Part shown: positions 33,690 to 43,897 of the stretch, piece after piece
Layout of the letters: each line of letters begins with the position of its first letter
Numbering within the stretch: the stretch's first letter is position 1
IMG/VR virus record: IMGVR_UViG_3300022925_000008
Span: 67,198 to 131,197 of that record
Direction: 5' to 3' (one strand)
DNA: 64,000 nt
DNA from: a virus
Notes under the pieces: model-generated
Seen by the model: the letters and a program-made list of their open reading frames with translations, nothing else
Databases searched by the model: none
Told to the model about the DNA's origin: nothing
Made by a program: the position numbers and the translations under genes

Positions 33690-35396
33690 TCAAGCTAATT
33701 TGCTAAAGTTTTTGTGTTTGATAAATTCTAATTTTTTCTCAAACTTAGTTTCTAACAATTCGCCTTTATGAGAAATTACAAAGGTATTTGTATCTATACC
33801 TAAAGTATCTAGTATTTTTAAAAGATTTTCAACACCATCTGCATCCATAGAGGAGTCGAATGTTTCGTCTAAAATTAATAGATTTGTTGATATACTATTT
33901 TTCATTTTGGCGATTTGCCGCCATGTAAATAGCAAAGCCAAATCGATCCGCTGCTTTTCGCCTTCGCTGAACGAATCATACGAGAATGCGTCGCGGTGGC
34001 GCGATCGAATGGTTTCTTTGAAAGACTCGTCCAGATCAAAATGGACATAAAAGTCTAAAATTTGTAAATACTGATTGGTAAGTTTATTGATAACGGGTAA
34101 GTATTGTTTAATAATTTTGGTTTTTATACCAGTATCTTTAAGAAGTTCTGTTATAACCTGATTGTATTCTTTTTCTTCGGCAAGAACTAATTTTTTGTCT
34201 GTGAGATCGCTTTGTTGACTCTCGAAACTGATGAGAGTATCTCGTGCTTCTTGCAGGCTATGTACACCTGTTTGGAGTTGGGATAACTCACCCTGTAGAG
34301 AAGTAATTCGTCTTTGGGTCCAAGAGATTTTTTCTTTGATTGTATTGACTTCGTTTCTTTGTTCAATTTCTTCGTCAATAGATTTTTGAAGATTCTCTTT
34401 ATCATTAGTCAACTTTCCTATTTGGTGTTCGCATTGTTGTCTTGCTTCTTCGAGTTCATCCCACTTGTCTTTGGCGTTCTGTATCTTATCCAATCGGAAG
34501 GAGGGTTCGATGGTTTGGCGGCAGGTGGGGCAGTCTTCGTTGTCTTCATAGAATAATATCTCTTTGTTTGATGCTTTCTGTTTAGAATTAAACTGAAAGA
34601 CGTATTTACCCATCTCATTTATTTTAGAATCTAATTTAGATTGACGGGATTGAAGGTCAGATAAAACACTATCTTCCCAACTAGTTACTTGGGTGTTAAG
34701 GCGGGCCAACTCTGATTCTTCTTCAGCAATCAATTGTATCTTTTCTTGTTTTGCAGACTCAGAGATTTTTGTCAATTCACATAAATGTTTTTTCTGTGAC
34801 ATTATCTTAGTTCTAACAACCTCCAATTGGTGATTGTTTTCGGTTATATTTTCTTTCAGAGTTGAAATTTTATCTTTCAAGATACCGTTCATCTTAGAGA
34901 AAACATTGATATCTAAGAGGTCTTCAATTATTTCTCTTCTGGTACTGGCAGGTAACTGCATAAAAGGGATAAATGAAGAACTTCCAAGAACAACAATTTG
35001 GTGAAATGATTTGTGGTTGAGTTTTAAGATATTTTGCTCGAGTATTTTTTGATACTCTTTATTGTGCGAGTCTTGGTTCAGTAACTCGCCGTCTCTCCAG
35101 ATCTCAAAGATAACTGGTTTTATTCCTCGAATGACTTTAAAATTATGTCCGTATGCACCAAACTCTACCTCAACATGCATACCTTTATTATTGATGCTAT
35201 TAATCAACTGCGCTTTGTTGATATTTCTATGCCCCTTACCAAAAAGAGCAAAAGACAATGCATCAAGCATAGTTGACTTTCCTGCACCATTTTGCCCAAC
35301 TATCAAAGTTGTTCGTTCGGCGGAAAGATTTATTTCTGTAAAATTATCACCCGTGGATAAGAAATTCTTATACCGCAGTTTATTAAAATTGATCAC
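33690..35396 (-). CDS. gp46: Recombination exonuclease ATPase subunit (Rad50-like)
   Basis: GQNGAGKS, CPTC zinc hook, FSEGEK, LILDE. Confidence 0.96.
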   Translation of the reverse strand: MINFNKLRYKNFLSTGDNFTEINLSAERTTLIVGQNGAGKSTMLDALSFALFGKGHRNINKAQLINSINNKGMHVEVEFGAYGHNFKVIRGIKPVIFEIWRDGELLNQDSHNKEYQKILEQNILKLNHKSFHQIVVLGSSSFIPFMQLPASTRREIIEDLLDINVFSKMNGILKDKISTLKENITENNHQLEVVRTKIMSQKKHLCELTKISESAKQEKIQLIAEEESELARLNTQVTSWEDSVLSDLQSRQSKLDSKINEMGKYVFQFNSKQKASNKEILFYEDNEDCPTCRQTIEPSFRLDKIQNAKDKWDELEEARQQCEHQIGKLTNDKENLQKSIDEEIEQRNEVNTIKEKISWTQRRITSLQGELSQLQTGVHSLQEARDTLISFESQQSDLTDKKLVLAEEKEYNQVITELLKDTGIKTKIIKQYLPVINKLTNQYLQILDFYVHFDLDESFKETIRSRHRDAFSYDSFSEGEKQRIDLALLFTWRQIAKMKNSISTNLLILDETFDSSMDADGVENLLKILDTLGIDTNTFVISHKGELLETKFEKKLEFIKHKNFSKLA

Positions 35397-36463
35397 GCAA
35401 TCTCCAACGTTTGTGCTTCAACCATCAGCTCAAGTACTTGATTCTTAATACGATCTTTGTTCAGATCAGTATCTACTGCATCTATGTATGTGTAGAGAAG
35501 ATTTTCTGTATTATCAATACTTATATTCTCGTCATCTACATTGCTTCCCGTAAAGTCTTGGAATGTCTCGGCAATCTGCAGTCCCAGAATCTTCCTTGAA
35601 TTAATTCTATCAACAAACTTTTCAAACTCTATTGGGTTTGATTTGTTAACAACAATTAGTTTAACGAAATTGTCATCTAGTTTAGATAAGTTTTGAGTCG
35701 CGAGTTTATATGCATGTTCGCCTGTGTCATCATAGTATAACTTGGTGAATATTGTATGCGGGTTTTCGATTGCCTCGATCTCTCTTGTTTCTGTATTTAA
35801 TACATGAAAGTATTTACGGTCGTCACAATCGCCCCAGAAGAATTGCATCTGAGACCCAAGGTAATGTATGTTATCATTCTTAGACTTAGTGTGATAATGC
35901 CCCGAGAGCACTGCCTCGAACTTCGAGAAAGCGTTTGCGCTCATACCCCCAACCGACTTAACACCTTTTTGCATTTCAAACCCTGCGAGCTCGAGATGCG
36001 CTGCTACCACTTCGGCAGTGCAGTTCTTAATAAACTGCATTGTCTTTTCTTCGTTCTCAGTATTTATCCATGGAATAAGGGCAACGTTTAGGCTTCCATA
36101 CTGAATCACTTCGGGTTTTTCAATGATGCGCACCTCATTCATATAGTGCCCAAGGAGTTCTTTGAGAGCGTTTAACCTATTAGTATTTTTGTAATATACA
36201 TCGTGGTTTCCTGGGATAATATCCATATGAATACCAAGATCCCTAAGCACATCAAGGAAAATACGACGGTTGTGATTAAGCGCTTTAAAATTAATCGACG
36301 TACGGTTTTCATAATAATCACCTAAGTGCAGTATCTTCTTGATGCCGTGCTCTTCAAGATATGGAAAGAAAACATCGCGATAAAATTTCTCTTGATAATC
36401 CATAAAGATTTCTGATGAGTTACGTACACCGCAATGAGTGTCGTTTAGTATCGCTACTTTCAT
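35393..36463 (-). CDS. gp47: Recombination nuclease subunit (Mre11-like)
   Basis: DTHCG, LGD, GNHD, SGHYH. Confidence 0.96.
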   Translation of the reverse strand: MKVAILNDTHCGVRNSSEIFMDYQEKFYRDVFFPYLEEHGIKKILHLGDYYENRTSINFKALNHNRRIFLDVLRDLGIHMDIIPGNHDVYYKNTNRLNALKELLGHYMNEVRIIEKPEVIQYGSLNVALIPWINTENEEKTMQFIKNCTAEVVAAHLELAGFEMQKGVKSVGGMSANAFSKFEAVLSGHYHTKSKNDNIHYLGSQMQFFWGDCDDRKYFHVLNTETREIEAIENPHTIFTKLYYDDTGEHAYKLATQNLSKLDDNFVKLIVVNKSNPIEFEKFVDRINSRKILGLQIAETFQDFTGSNVDDENISIDNTENLLYTYIDAVDTDLNKDRIKNQVLELMVEAQTLEIA

Positions 36464-36466
36464 ATA

Positions 36467-37054
36467 TTAACCTACTAAGAATTCAGAAAGATCTGAGTCG
36501 ACGTTGACTGTTCTTTTTTTTCTCTCTTTCTTTTCGTAATCTTTAATTGCATTATCGTTTTCTTTGATCAAGTCAATTCTTTGTTTAAGGCTTTCTACAA
36601 AGGCATGGGTTTGTCCGGCAGCCGGATTGTTTTCAAACTCTTCTGCTAAAAGAGTCTCTAGACCAGTCTCGGCAAGATATTTGAGTTTTATATCTTGCTG
36701 TTTTTTCTCTTTCTGGATTCGACGCAAGAAAGCGTACCAAGAGATCTGAGTGAAATACGCAAAGGCGTTGGGTTTTCCTGTTCTCGTGGCAGTCTCGAGA
36801 TTGTAATTTTCGATTGCCTTCAGGCAGTTTTCGACCGCGTCCATCACCATCTCTTCGCGATAGGTGTACCGAACAAAGTTGGCCTTGTGCGATAATCCCT
36901 CGGCAATCTTAAGAAAACAAGTAGCGATGTAATCTGTCACCACAGGTTTTTTAGAATTATTTTCCTTTGCCGCGTTTGCTGTTTCTACATATTCGACAAC
37001 GGCCATAGAAAAATCTGCGTTGTTAACATAATGTGGTTTGTCTTTGGGTTTCAT
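36467..37054 (-). CDS. gp55: Late-transcription sigma factor
   Basis: HYVNN, IAEGLSHK.NF..YTYREEM..DA.ENC, NAFAYFTQI. Confidence 0.96.
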   Translation of the reverse strand: MKPKDKPHYVNNADFSMAVVEYVETANAAKENNSKKPVVTDYIATCFLKIAEGLSHKANFVRYTYREEMVMDAVENCLKAIENYNLETATRTGKPNAFAYFTQISWYAFLRRIQKEKKQQDIKLKYLAETGLETLLAEEFENNPAAGQTHAFVESLKQRIDLIKENDNAIKDYEKKERKKRTVNVDSDLSEFLVG

Positions 37055-37083
37055 CGAACACCTTCAATTCAATATAAAAATTT

Positions 37084-37112
37084 ATTATACTATAAAAAAT
37101 AACTTATAACAA
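37084..37112 (-). promoter_or_regulatory. Sigma70-type promoter of gp55
   Basis: TTGTTA, 17 nt, TATAAT. Confidence 0.65.
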
Positions 37113-37182
37113 GGGGGTTGCTATTATGATCATTTTGCGGTAAAATAAAGCTTCTAGCGTTAGGGAATGTAGTATACACGAG

Positions 37183-37650
37183 TTAGTGGAGTATGTCGTC
37201 TCCGTTTGGAAAACGAATTACATTACTTACTGTATTCTCCGCAGAATCTAAATGATCCTTTTTCGCCAAATTAACAATTGCTTCTGCAGTTTTTTGAAGA
37301 TTTTTTAATTGTTCTAGTTGTTGTTTTTCAAAAGCCTTTTTTCTGTCAATTGCCATAAAATGCATCTCTTCAAGAGCAGACTTAAACTGATACAAAAGAT
37401 ATTTGTTGGGATTAGAAGTGCCGATAATATGGTCACTGTTGATTATAATATATTCATCATCACTCTCAATATATTGTACCCAAGGTTTAAAAGTATAATA
37501 TGATTCTAAGTTGTTTGGAGAAACTACGAGAGCAATCTTCATAGCGTTCCTAACAACAATTTCTTTTTCGCCGTCTTCCGGCCAATCAACAACATCACAG
37601 ATAACTTCTTCACCATCAGACAATTTGAATTGTTTTACATCATACATCAT
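37183..37650 (-). CDS. Conserved T4-like hypothetical protein (Sm-like N-terminus)
   Basis: KQFKLSDGEEVIC...FKPW; lies between uvsW and gp55. Confidence 0.7.
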   Translation of the reverse strand: MMYDVKQFKLSDGEEVICDVVDWPEDGEKEIVVRNAMKIALVVSPNNLESYYTFKPWVQYIESDDEYIIINSDHIIGTSNPNKYLLYQFKSALEEMHFMAIDRKKAFEKQQLEQLKNLQKTAEAIVNLAKKDHLDSAENTVSNVIRFPNGDDILH

Positions 37651-39128
37651 TTTAATTTTATCTTGGTTAGTTTATGATTAAATTTCTCAGTATCGTATAT
37701 TTTTATTCTTTCAGCGCTATGACGCAAGGTGAAATTTGTTTTTCCTTTATATCTTAAGTCGTCGGCAATATCATAGAGTTTTGTTGTTCTGCCATCATCT
37801 GACACTCGTAGACCTCGACCAATGGACTGTAACACCCTGATTTGCGATTTGCTGGGAGATGCGAATATAATGTTATGGATATTGCGTATGTTAATCCCAG
37901 TACTAAAAGTCCCCAAGGAAGCAAGAGTAATAGAATTTGACTGTGACTCGATAATTTTTCGAACTGCTTCACGGTCAGTTGTTTTAGTTTCACCAGATAC
38001 ATAAAATAATTTCCTATTTTCGTCTAATTTATTTTCAATCAAATCTCTAAGAATCTTTCCGTGTTTTTCTACAAGGTTGAAAAGAACAAGAGTGTTGCCT
38101 TCGAGAGAACAGGTAAGGTTTCTAATAAAGTTATTACGCCCAGAATGACTAACAATAAAGTCAATTTCTTCATGATAAGTCGCGTCTTTTAATTTGTTTC
38201 TAACATCTTCTTCGTATTCAAGCAGTATAATATCTATATCTAAATTAGCAAGTTGTTTGTCTTCCTGTAATTTAGCAGTGGTAGTTACCTTAGTTACCGG
38301 ACCAAACAACCCTTCTAGAACCATTTTATTAGTTTCTGTACCGTCTAAAGTCCCTGTTGTGCCAAAACGATATTCAGCATTAATTGCTTTATTCATAATA
38401 GAAGAAAGAGATTTTGCTTTAAACCCGTGGCATTCATCACCAATAACCATACCAAACTGCTCAAACCATTTTGGGTGTAGTTTATGTATAGATTGCCAAG
38501 TGCTGATGATAATTTTCTTATCACTATCCTTATCTTTACCCGAATATATTATATGGCAATTTTCTTCAGAATCGTACCCATAATCGGCAAAGTCTTTGAA
38601 CATCTGTTCAACCAGTCCTGTGGTCGGAACTACGATTAGAACTTTTTCAGAATAAAGGTTAGTGTACCATCTTAGCAGTAAATATATAATAAACGATTTA
38701 CCAGATCCAGTCGGAGAGACTAGTACTGCTCTCTTGTTCTCGACAGCATGAGTGAAAGCATCATATTGATAGTCCCTTGGTAAAAATGGCAAATTCTTAA
38801 GAGTAGAAATCCATTTAAGGGTTTCCATATGGTTGACAGAGTTTAACTGATTGGGCAAACCATAAGAAGATTCTTCGAGGGTCACTGCGTACATACGCTC
38901 CGCAGCAAAACGTTTGATTTTATTATAAAGACCAGCGTTGATCTCTCCGTTGGTACGATTAAGCATGTGGATTTGACCGTCCCAAACTCTTTTCTTAAAT
39001 GCCGGCATAAACTTATGCCCTGGAACAAAGAAAGAGAAATGATCGTACAATTCTTGAGCAACCTGAGAAGAACACTCTACAAGTTGTAGCATTGCATGGT
39101 TTTTTAATTTGAGTTTAATTATTTCCAC
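37647..39128 (-). CDS. uvsW: SF2 helicase UvsW
   Basis: PRDYQ, SPTGSGKS, DECH, QSIGRGLR. Confidence 0.96.
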   Translation of the reverse strand: MEIIKLKLKNHAMLQLVECSSQVAQELYDHFSFFVPGHKFMPAFKKRVWDGQIHMLNRTNGEINAGLYNKIKRFAAERMYAVTLEESSYGLPNQLNSVNHMETLKWISTLKNLPFLPRDYQYDAFTHAVENKRAVLVSPTGSGKSFIIYLLLRWYTNLYSEKVLIVVPTTGLVEQMFKDFADYGYDSEENCHIIYSGKDKDSDKKIIISTWQSIHKLHPKWFEQFGMVIGDECHGFKAKSLSSIMNKAINAEYRFGTTGTLDGTETNKMVLEGLFGPVTKVTTTAKLQEDKQLANLDIDIILLEYEEDVRNKLKDATYHEEIDFIVSHSGRNNFIRNLTCSLEGNTLVLFNLVEKHGKILRDLIENKLDENRKLFYVSGETKTTDREAVRKIIESQSNSITLASLGTFSTGINIRNIHNIIFASPSKSQIRVLQSIGRGLRVSDDGRTTKLYDIADDLRYKGKTNFTLRHSAERIKIYDTEKFNHKLTKIKLK

Positions 39129-39246
39129 GGGTCATATAATATTTCAAAAGGTTTACGTAGTAACGAAATTGTTTAGGATGCTGTTCGTAGTTGGGCAAGT
39201 TGGGAAATCTAAGAACTAATTCTTCGTAGATTTCTTCTGATGTCAT
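39115..39246 (-). CDS. 43-aa hypothetical protein (not in ORF track)
   Basis: MTSEEIYEELVLRFPNLPNYEQHPKQFRYYVNL... Confidence 0.55.
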   Translation of the reverse strand: MTSEEIYEELVLRFPNLPNYEQHPKQFRYYVNLLKYYMTRGNN

Positions 39247-39250
39247 TTGA

Positions 39251-39694
39251 TTAAAATCCTGCTTCAAACTTTTTATACTCGATTATGTTTTTTATCGTTT
39301 GATGCCTCCACTTGAGGTTTTCAACTATCTCTTTAACAGTATCTATACAATTCTTAAGATACTCTATTTTCGCCTCGCTCGCCACTAGTTCTGGGTCTGC
39401 CTCTACATAATGCTCCATCTCACCTTTCAATATTTTCAAACCATCAAAGGGGTCTGGATCCCAACCAAGTTCTACAACTTCTTCGTGGGGCATTTTACCT
39501 TGATACCACTTCCATTTTAACAACATAAGTTCTTTCTGTTTAAACTCTGCTTGTTTCAACTTCAATTTTGTATGTGCTAATAACGACAGATATTTCGCGT
39601 GCAACTCAGGAGTTTGCCGCGAGGATTCGTCGATAGCGTTGGGGTCAATTCGGCAGTCTGTCTGCCATTCTTTTAATATTTTATCTAAATTCAT
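39251..39694 (-). CDS. uvsY: Recombination mediator UvsY
   Basis: W..DC.ID, P.LHAKYL, I..RHQTIKN.IE..KFEAG. Confidence 0.92.
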   Translation of the reverse strand: MNLDKILKEWQTDCRIDPNAIDESSRQTPELHAKYLSLLAHTKLKLKQAEFKQKELMLLKWKWYQGKMPHEEVVELGWDPDPFDGLKILKGEMEHYVEADPELVASEAKIEYLKNCIDTVKEIVENLKWRHQTIKNIIEYKKFEAGF

Positions 39695-39728
39695 AATGTA
39701 TGTTTCGCGGAAGGTTTAATATATTATA

Positions 39729-40229
39729 CTATACTACTTCAAAATATACAAACTTAAACGAAGCATTAAATATAATCGGCGTAACGTCGCTGGTTTGTGT
39801 GGTAAATTCAATATCGCCGATAGAAATAGGAAATGCAGAATAGTATTTGATTTGTTTAACCACATTGTTATGACTAGACAATATAGAAACTGTTATGTCC
39901 GATTCAGTAGGAATCAATGTATCTCTGAAAGCATCAGTACTTGTTACCTGAGGAGATTCGACAAACCGTTTCATCCAGTCGTAAATCTCATTATAGGTAT
40001 TCATTTCTTCATCAACGAGAAAGTTGAAAGAAACCTGGCCAAATTCAATCTTATCCCCGACAATCGGAGCATTTACTCTTCGAAATGGCATCTCTACTGC
40101 AGAGACATCTATAGAGGGGTGCTGCACCGACTGTGCAAAATACTCCAGGTTTGGATAATTCTCCCTACTGATAGTTACAGAAAATCCTGTTGGTTGTAGA
40201 TAATTCACATTAGTAGTTAGGGTTGCCAT
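39729..40229 (-). CDS. gp3: Tail tube terminator / tail completion protein
   Basis: NYLQPTGF, EYFAQSV, F.VDE.MNTY.EIYDW; located after gp23, as in T4-like phages. Confidence 0.85.
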   Translation of the reverse strand: MATLTTNVNYLQPTGFSVTISRENYPNLEYFAQSVQHPSIDVSAVEMPFRRVNAPIVGDKIEFGQVSFNFLVDEEMNTYNEIYDWMKRFVESPQVTSTDAFRDTLIPTESDITVSILSSHNNVVKQIKYYSAFPISIGDIEFTTQTSDVTPIIFNASFKFVYFEVV

Positions 40230-40253
40230 ACTAGTACTCGGTGTCTTTACGGA

Positions 40254-40261
40254 TATTTATA
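40254..40261 (-). promoter_or_regulatory. Late promoter TATAAATA
   Basis: Exact motif upstream of gp3. Confidence 0.8.
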
Positions 40262-40274
40262 CAATATTTAAGGC

Positions 40275-40304
40275 AAAAAAAACCCCCGTCTTTCGACGAG
40301 GGTT
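40275..40304 (-). terminator. Terminator after the major capsid gene
   Basis: AACCCTCGTC-GAAA-GACGGGGGTT followed by a U-tract. Confidence 0.9.
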
Positions 40305-40349
40305 CTCAAATTGAAGTATAGAAAACTATTCTTCTTTTTCTTACTACGT

Positions 40350-41705
40350 TTATGCTTCGTTGAGGATATTGTCAACTCGGAAGATTCTGTAGTATTCGTT
40401 AGAACGCGCAGTGGCAAGACCGTCAGCAGGAGCATTACCAACATATGGGTTTGATGCCATGCCGTAACGAGTCTTGAAACCAATCTTAGGTTGGAACGTA
40501 TCTTCAGCAACAGCGCGGAACATTTGCAGAGGGACGTATGGGCAGTAGAATACACCTGAGTCATAAGGGTTAGTACCTTTATAACCAACAGTGATGTAGT
40601 CAGCAGTGCTATACGGATCAATGTAAACCTTAGTGCGACCGTTTAATACGCCAGCAAAAGTATTACCCGTGTCATCTACTTGCAAAGAAGTAGAAAGAGC
40701 AGGTGAATAGTCAAGCATGCCAGAAGCAGAAAGAGCAGTCGCAACGTCTGAAGAACAGATTACGATGTTACCCTTGCCGCGACGAGTTGCTTTAGCAATT
40801 GCGTTACATTCACGCTCGAGGTGAACGATTAAACCTTTATACTTCTCAACAGACCAACGACCATCAGCATCAACAGAAAGATCGAAGATACCTTTAGTAG
40901 CGTTAGTGGCTTGTTGTGCACCCAATACTGCTTGTGAGTTAATCGTACGAACTACTTCACGATTAATTTCAGCAAGAATTTCAGTAGAAAGGATGTTAGC
41001 AAGTTCTGTTTCAGCGTCAAGACCGTGGATTGCTTTAAGATCTTGTGCCAATTCAATTGTGTATTCTGCCTTGAGAGCACGTGACTTAGCAGTAACGGTT
41101 GCTTTCTCAATGGTGAATCCCATTTCGTTGAATTGCTCTCCACCAGTGCTGCCGAGTAATTCAGCAGTAGCAGTAGACATACCGCCAGCAAAAGTAGCAG
41201 GGTGTGCGTTGTCGGAATCGCCAATGTCGCCGTCGTTATCAGTATCAACAACGCCAGCAAGACCAGAAGGACTAGCGCCTTGTGTGGCAGCAGAATCACC
41301 AGAGTAATAAGTCTGTGCTTCGTTGAACAATGCTTCTGTTCCAGAAGTAGTAGCACCAGCCAAAGTCTTGTACTTGCTCTTCATAGCAAAGATAAGACCA
41401 GTAGGACCAGTCATAGGTTGAACACCACAGATGTCGTATGCCATCAAATTAGGCATTGCACGACGTACGAGTGCGATCAAAACAGGATTCCAGTTATCGA
41501 CAGCACCACCAGCACCACCGAAAGAACCACTACCAGCCATTGTGCCAGCTTCCATCAAAGACTGCTCGCCGCTTTCACGGAAGGCGATTTCTTGGTTTTC
41601 TAAAATTTGTGCAGTAACAGCACGACGATGTGAATCACCGATTTTACCGGCAGATTCTTCGTTGAGCACAGGTGCCCATTTTTCCATTAGTGTATCGTAA
41701 GACAT
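40350..41705 (-). CDS. gp23: Major capsid protein
   Basis: LIALVRRAMPNL.AYDICGVQPMTGPTGLIFAM, KSRALKAEYT.ELAQDLKAIHG. Confidence 0.98.
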   Translation of the reverse strand: MSYDTLMEKWAPVLNEESAGKIGDSHRRAVTAQILENQEIAFRESGEQSLMEAGTMAGSGSFGGAGGAVDNWNPVLIALVRRAMPNLMAYDICGVQPMTGPTGLIFAMKSKYKTLAGATTSGTEALFNEAQTYYSGDSAATQGASPSGLAGVVDTDNDGDIGDSDNAHPATFAGGMSTATAELLGSTGGEQFNEMGFTIEKATVTAKSRALKAEYTIELAQDLKAIHGLDAETELANILSTEILAEINREVVRTINSQAVLGAQQATNATKGIFDLSVDADGRWSVEKYKGLIVHLERECNAIAKATRRGKGNIVICSSDVATALSASGMLDYSPALSTSLQVDDTGNTFAGVLNGRTKVYIDPYSTADYITVGYKGTNPYDSGVFYCPYVPLQMFRAVAEDTFQPKIGFKTRYGMASNPYVGNAPADGLATARSNEYYRIFRVDNILNEA

Positions 41706-41708
41706 TTC

Positions 41709-42713
41709 TTACTCCTTAGTTGTTTTTTTGATTGCTTGTAAATAACGATCCATAGTAGAAGTAACATCTGCGGGAACGTCGTTCGCCCAGTCTTCAACTA
41801 TTTCTTCTGATTCTTCGATGATTTCTTTCTTAAAGTAAGATTCTTTAACAGTTTTAACTTTATGTGCAAAAGATTCTTCGTCTTCGAAATCTAAAGATTC
41901 AACTAATGATCGTAGTTTTTCAACTTCAGTTTGTGCAAGGTCATTAGCAGATTCACGAATAATCGTTTCACGCTTTTGCACTTCTAATTCTTCGTTTAAT
42001 GACATCATTGCTTCGGTCGCAGAATTAAGTTTTTCTTCTAATTCTTCAACTTCAGAAGCAAGTTCGTCAACTAGATCGACCTTAGATTCTGGTACTTCGA
42101 TGTAAGATTCAACGAACAAACTCTTAAGCGAGCTCATGAACCCTTCAGCGATTTCAGTACGCAAACCTTGCTCGATAGCAAGATGGTTTGTTTCCATCCA
42201 TTGCTCAACTACATAGTTGAGGTAGTTATCAACTTTCTCGACAAGATCAGCGCGGTTGCTCTGAACTTCTTCTTCGAGTTTTGTGTGATATTCATTTTCC
42301 AAACGATCAACTTCTTCAGCGATCTTGGAACGAATTGCAGTTTCGAAAATTACAGCAGTCTTCCCTTTGAACTCGTCAGAGAGAGTTGCTTCTGATTCAA
42401 CCAATTCACTCAATTCTTGGGAGAAATCGTAAGAATCTTCGGGCAGTTCAACTGCTTCTTCTTCAACTTCACCAAACTCTTCGTGCATTTTAGCATATGC
42501 TGCAGCTAATTGGTCTTTTTTCATACCATTCATTTTGCTGTACATTGCGTTGATCATACCTGCTTTAGTTTTCGGCATTGGGCTCTGTTTTACAGAACTT
42601 GATGCGTCTGCGACTGATGCTACGGATTGTGCCTCAGCATTTTTCGTATCGTGAGCTTCCTCGATTTGGTTGTCCTCATCGTGAAGATCAAGGTCTAAAT
42701 TATCTTCAGACAT
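41709..42713 (-). CDS. gp22: Prohead core scaffold protein
   Basis: Acidic coiled coil; IFETA, VDNYLNYVVEQW; position. Confidence 0.93.
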   Translation of the reverse strand: MSEDNLDLDLHDEDNQIEEAHDTKNAEAQSVASVADASSSVKQSPMPKTKAGMINAMYSKMNGMKKDQLAAAYAKMHEEFGEVEEEAVELPEDSYDFSQELSELVESEATLSDEFKGKTAVIFETAIRSKIAEEVDRLENEYHTKLEEEVQSNRADLVEKVDNYLNYVVEQWMETNHLAIEQGLRTEIAEGFMSSLKSLFVESYIEVPESKVDLVDELASEVEELEEKLNSATEAMMSLNEELEVQKRETIIRESANDLAQTEVEKLRSLVESLDFEDEESFAHKVKTVKESYFKKEIIEESEEIVEDWANDVPADVTSTMDRYLQAIKKTTKE

Positions 42714-42722
42714 ATTTGACTC

Positions 42723-43382
42723 CTATTTATTTGATTTGAGCAACGAGAGGAAATTTTTAAACTCACGAACCTGAGTCTCATAGAGATCAGTACGCGGAGC
42801 CTTTTTAATTTCAGTCTCCATTTTTTCAATCACTTGAGGTTCAATAATGCCATTATTCCAGACCCACTCAACGCCTTCCATGATTCCATTAACAAATGCT
42901 GCCGGAGCCGATGGATCTTGTACGATATCTACCGTGTTAAGAATAAAGTCGTCTTTCACGACCATTGTGCCATTTTTGTTCTCAAGACTACCCATACCAC
43001 GAGTTGAGACACCTAGTTGAACGCCACCTTCAAGAAGACCTTTTACAATCTGTCCCATAGGAGTATCCAATATTTGTGCCTTTCCAACAACATCATTACC
43101 TTCCCACTGAAGGTCGGTTATGAGGTGTGAAACTTTGTCAAGGTTCACAGTAGGACCTTCTGGATGATTTAACTCACCGACTGATCTTTTCTGCGACACC
43201 TGATCGGTAACGTATTTATCCACTGCCTTTTCCATAATGGCTCGAGGATAAACACGCCCGTTCCTATTCTTTTGATCTGCTTGTGCAAAAACGCCTTCTA
43301 TTGCATAACCTTTACCTCCGCTTTTCGCTTCAGTAATCACTGTTTCTATTGGTTGACCAATATATTCTGCAATTAGTTTCAT
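42723..43382 (-). CDS. gp21: Prohead protease
   Basis: KNRNGRVYP, GELNHP, GVSTRGMGS, DIV.DPSAP. Confidence 0.96.
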   Translation of the reverse strand: MKLIAEYIGQPIETVITEAKSGGKGYAIEGVFAQADQKNRNGRVYPRAIMEKAVDKYVTDQVSQKRSVGELNHPEGPTVNLDKVSHLITDLQWEGNDVVGKAQILDTPMGQIVKGLLEGGVQLGVSTRGMGSLENKNGTMVVKDDFILNTVDIVQDPSAPAAFVNGIMEGVEWVWNNGIIEPQVIEKMETEIKKAPRTDLYETQVREFKNFLSLLKSNK

Positions 43383-43586
43383 CTACATTTCCTTTGCAAA
43401 AGCAACACCCATCTTCTCTGCTTCTTTCTGAGAGCGATAGGTGTCTAATTTGTCACCATCGATATACGCGGTGAAACCCTTTTTATCTTTGTGTACCATA
43501 ACATCGTGTTTGTTTACTTTTTTGGAGAAGACATGTTCGCCTTTAGGCATTTTCTTCGCTTCTCTGATGTTTTTAAAAGTTTTCAT
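43383..43586 (-). CDS. gp68: Prohead core protein gp68-like
   Basis: Position immediately upstream of gp21; MKTFKNIRE N-terminus. Confidence 0.65.
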   Translation of the reverse strand: MKTFKNIREAKKMPKGEHVFSKKVNKHDVMVHKDKKGFTAYIDGDKLDTYRSQKEAEKMGVAFAKEM

Positions 43587-43591
43587 GGTTT

Positions 43592-43599
43592 TATTTATA
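43592..43599 (-). promoter_or_regulatory. Late promoter TATAAATA
   Basis: Exact motif upstream of gp68/gp21. Confidence 0.8.
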
Positions 43600-43611
43600 A
43601 TAAATTAATAT

Positions 43612-43896
43612 TTAAGAATCTTCGGGTTCTGTTGTGGGTTCTTCCACTTCTTGTTGTTGGTTGAAAATCTCCCCCGCAACCTTGATCCTTGTTTGATCTA
43701 ATGCGTTTTGAACCCTATCGTTAAGCAAATCTGTAAACTGTTTCTCTGCTTGGTTGTAGTTTTTGTCCTGGATGTAGTCTAACAAATCTTCGATCGGATT
43801 GGTTTCTTCAACCGATTCTTCATCAGAAACCTCGACCTCATCAACAGTTTGATCGATTTCTTCAATTTCATTTTTTATTTCTTCTACTTCACTCAT
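43612..43896 (-). CDS. gp67: Acidic prohead core protein gp67-like
   Basis: Very acidic 94-aa protein; position. Confidence 0.6.
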   Translation of the reverse strand: MSEVEEIKNEIEEIDQTVDEVEVSDEESVEETNPIEDLLDYIQDKNYNQAEKQFTDLLNDRVQNALDQTRIKVAGEIFNQQQEVEEPTTEPEDS

Positions 43897-43897
43897 T

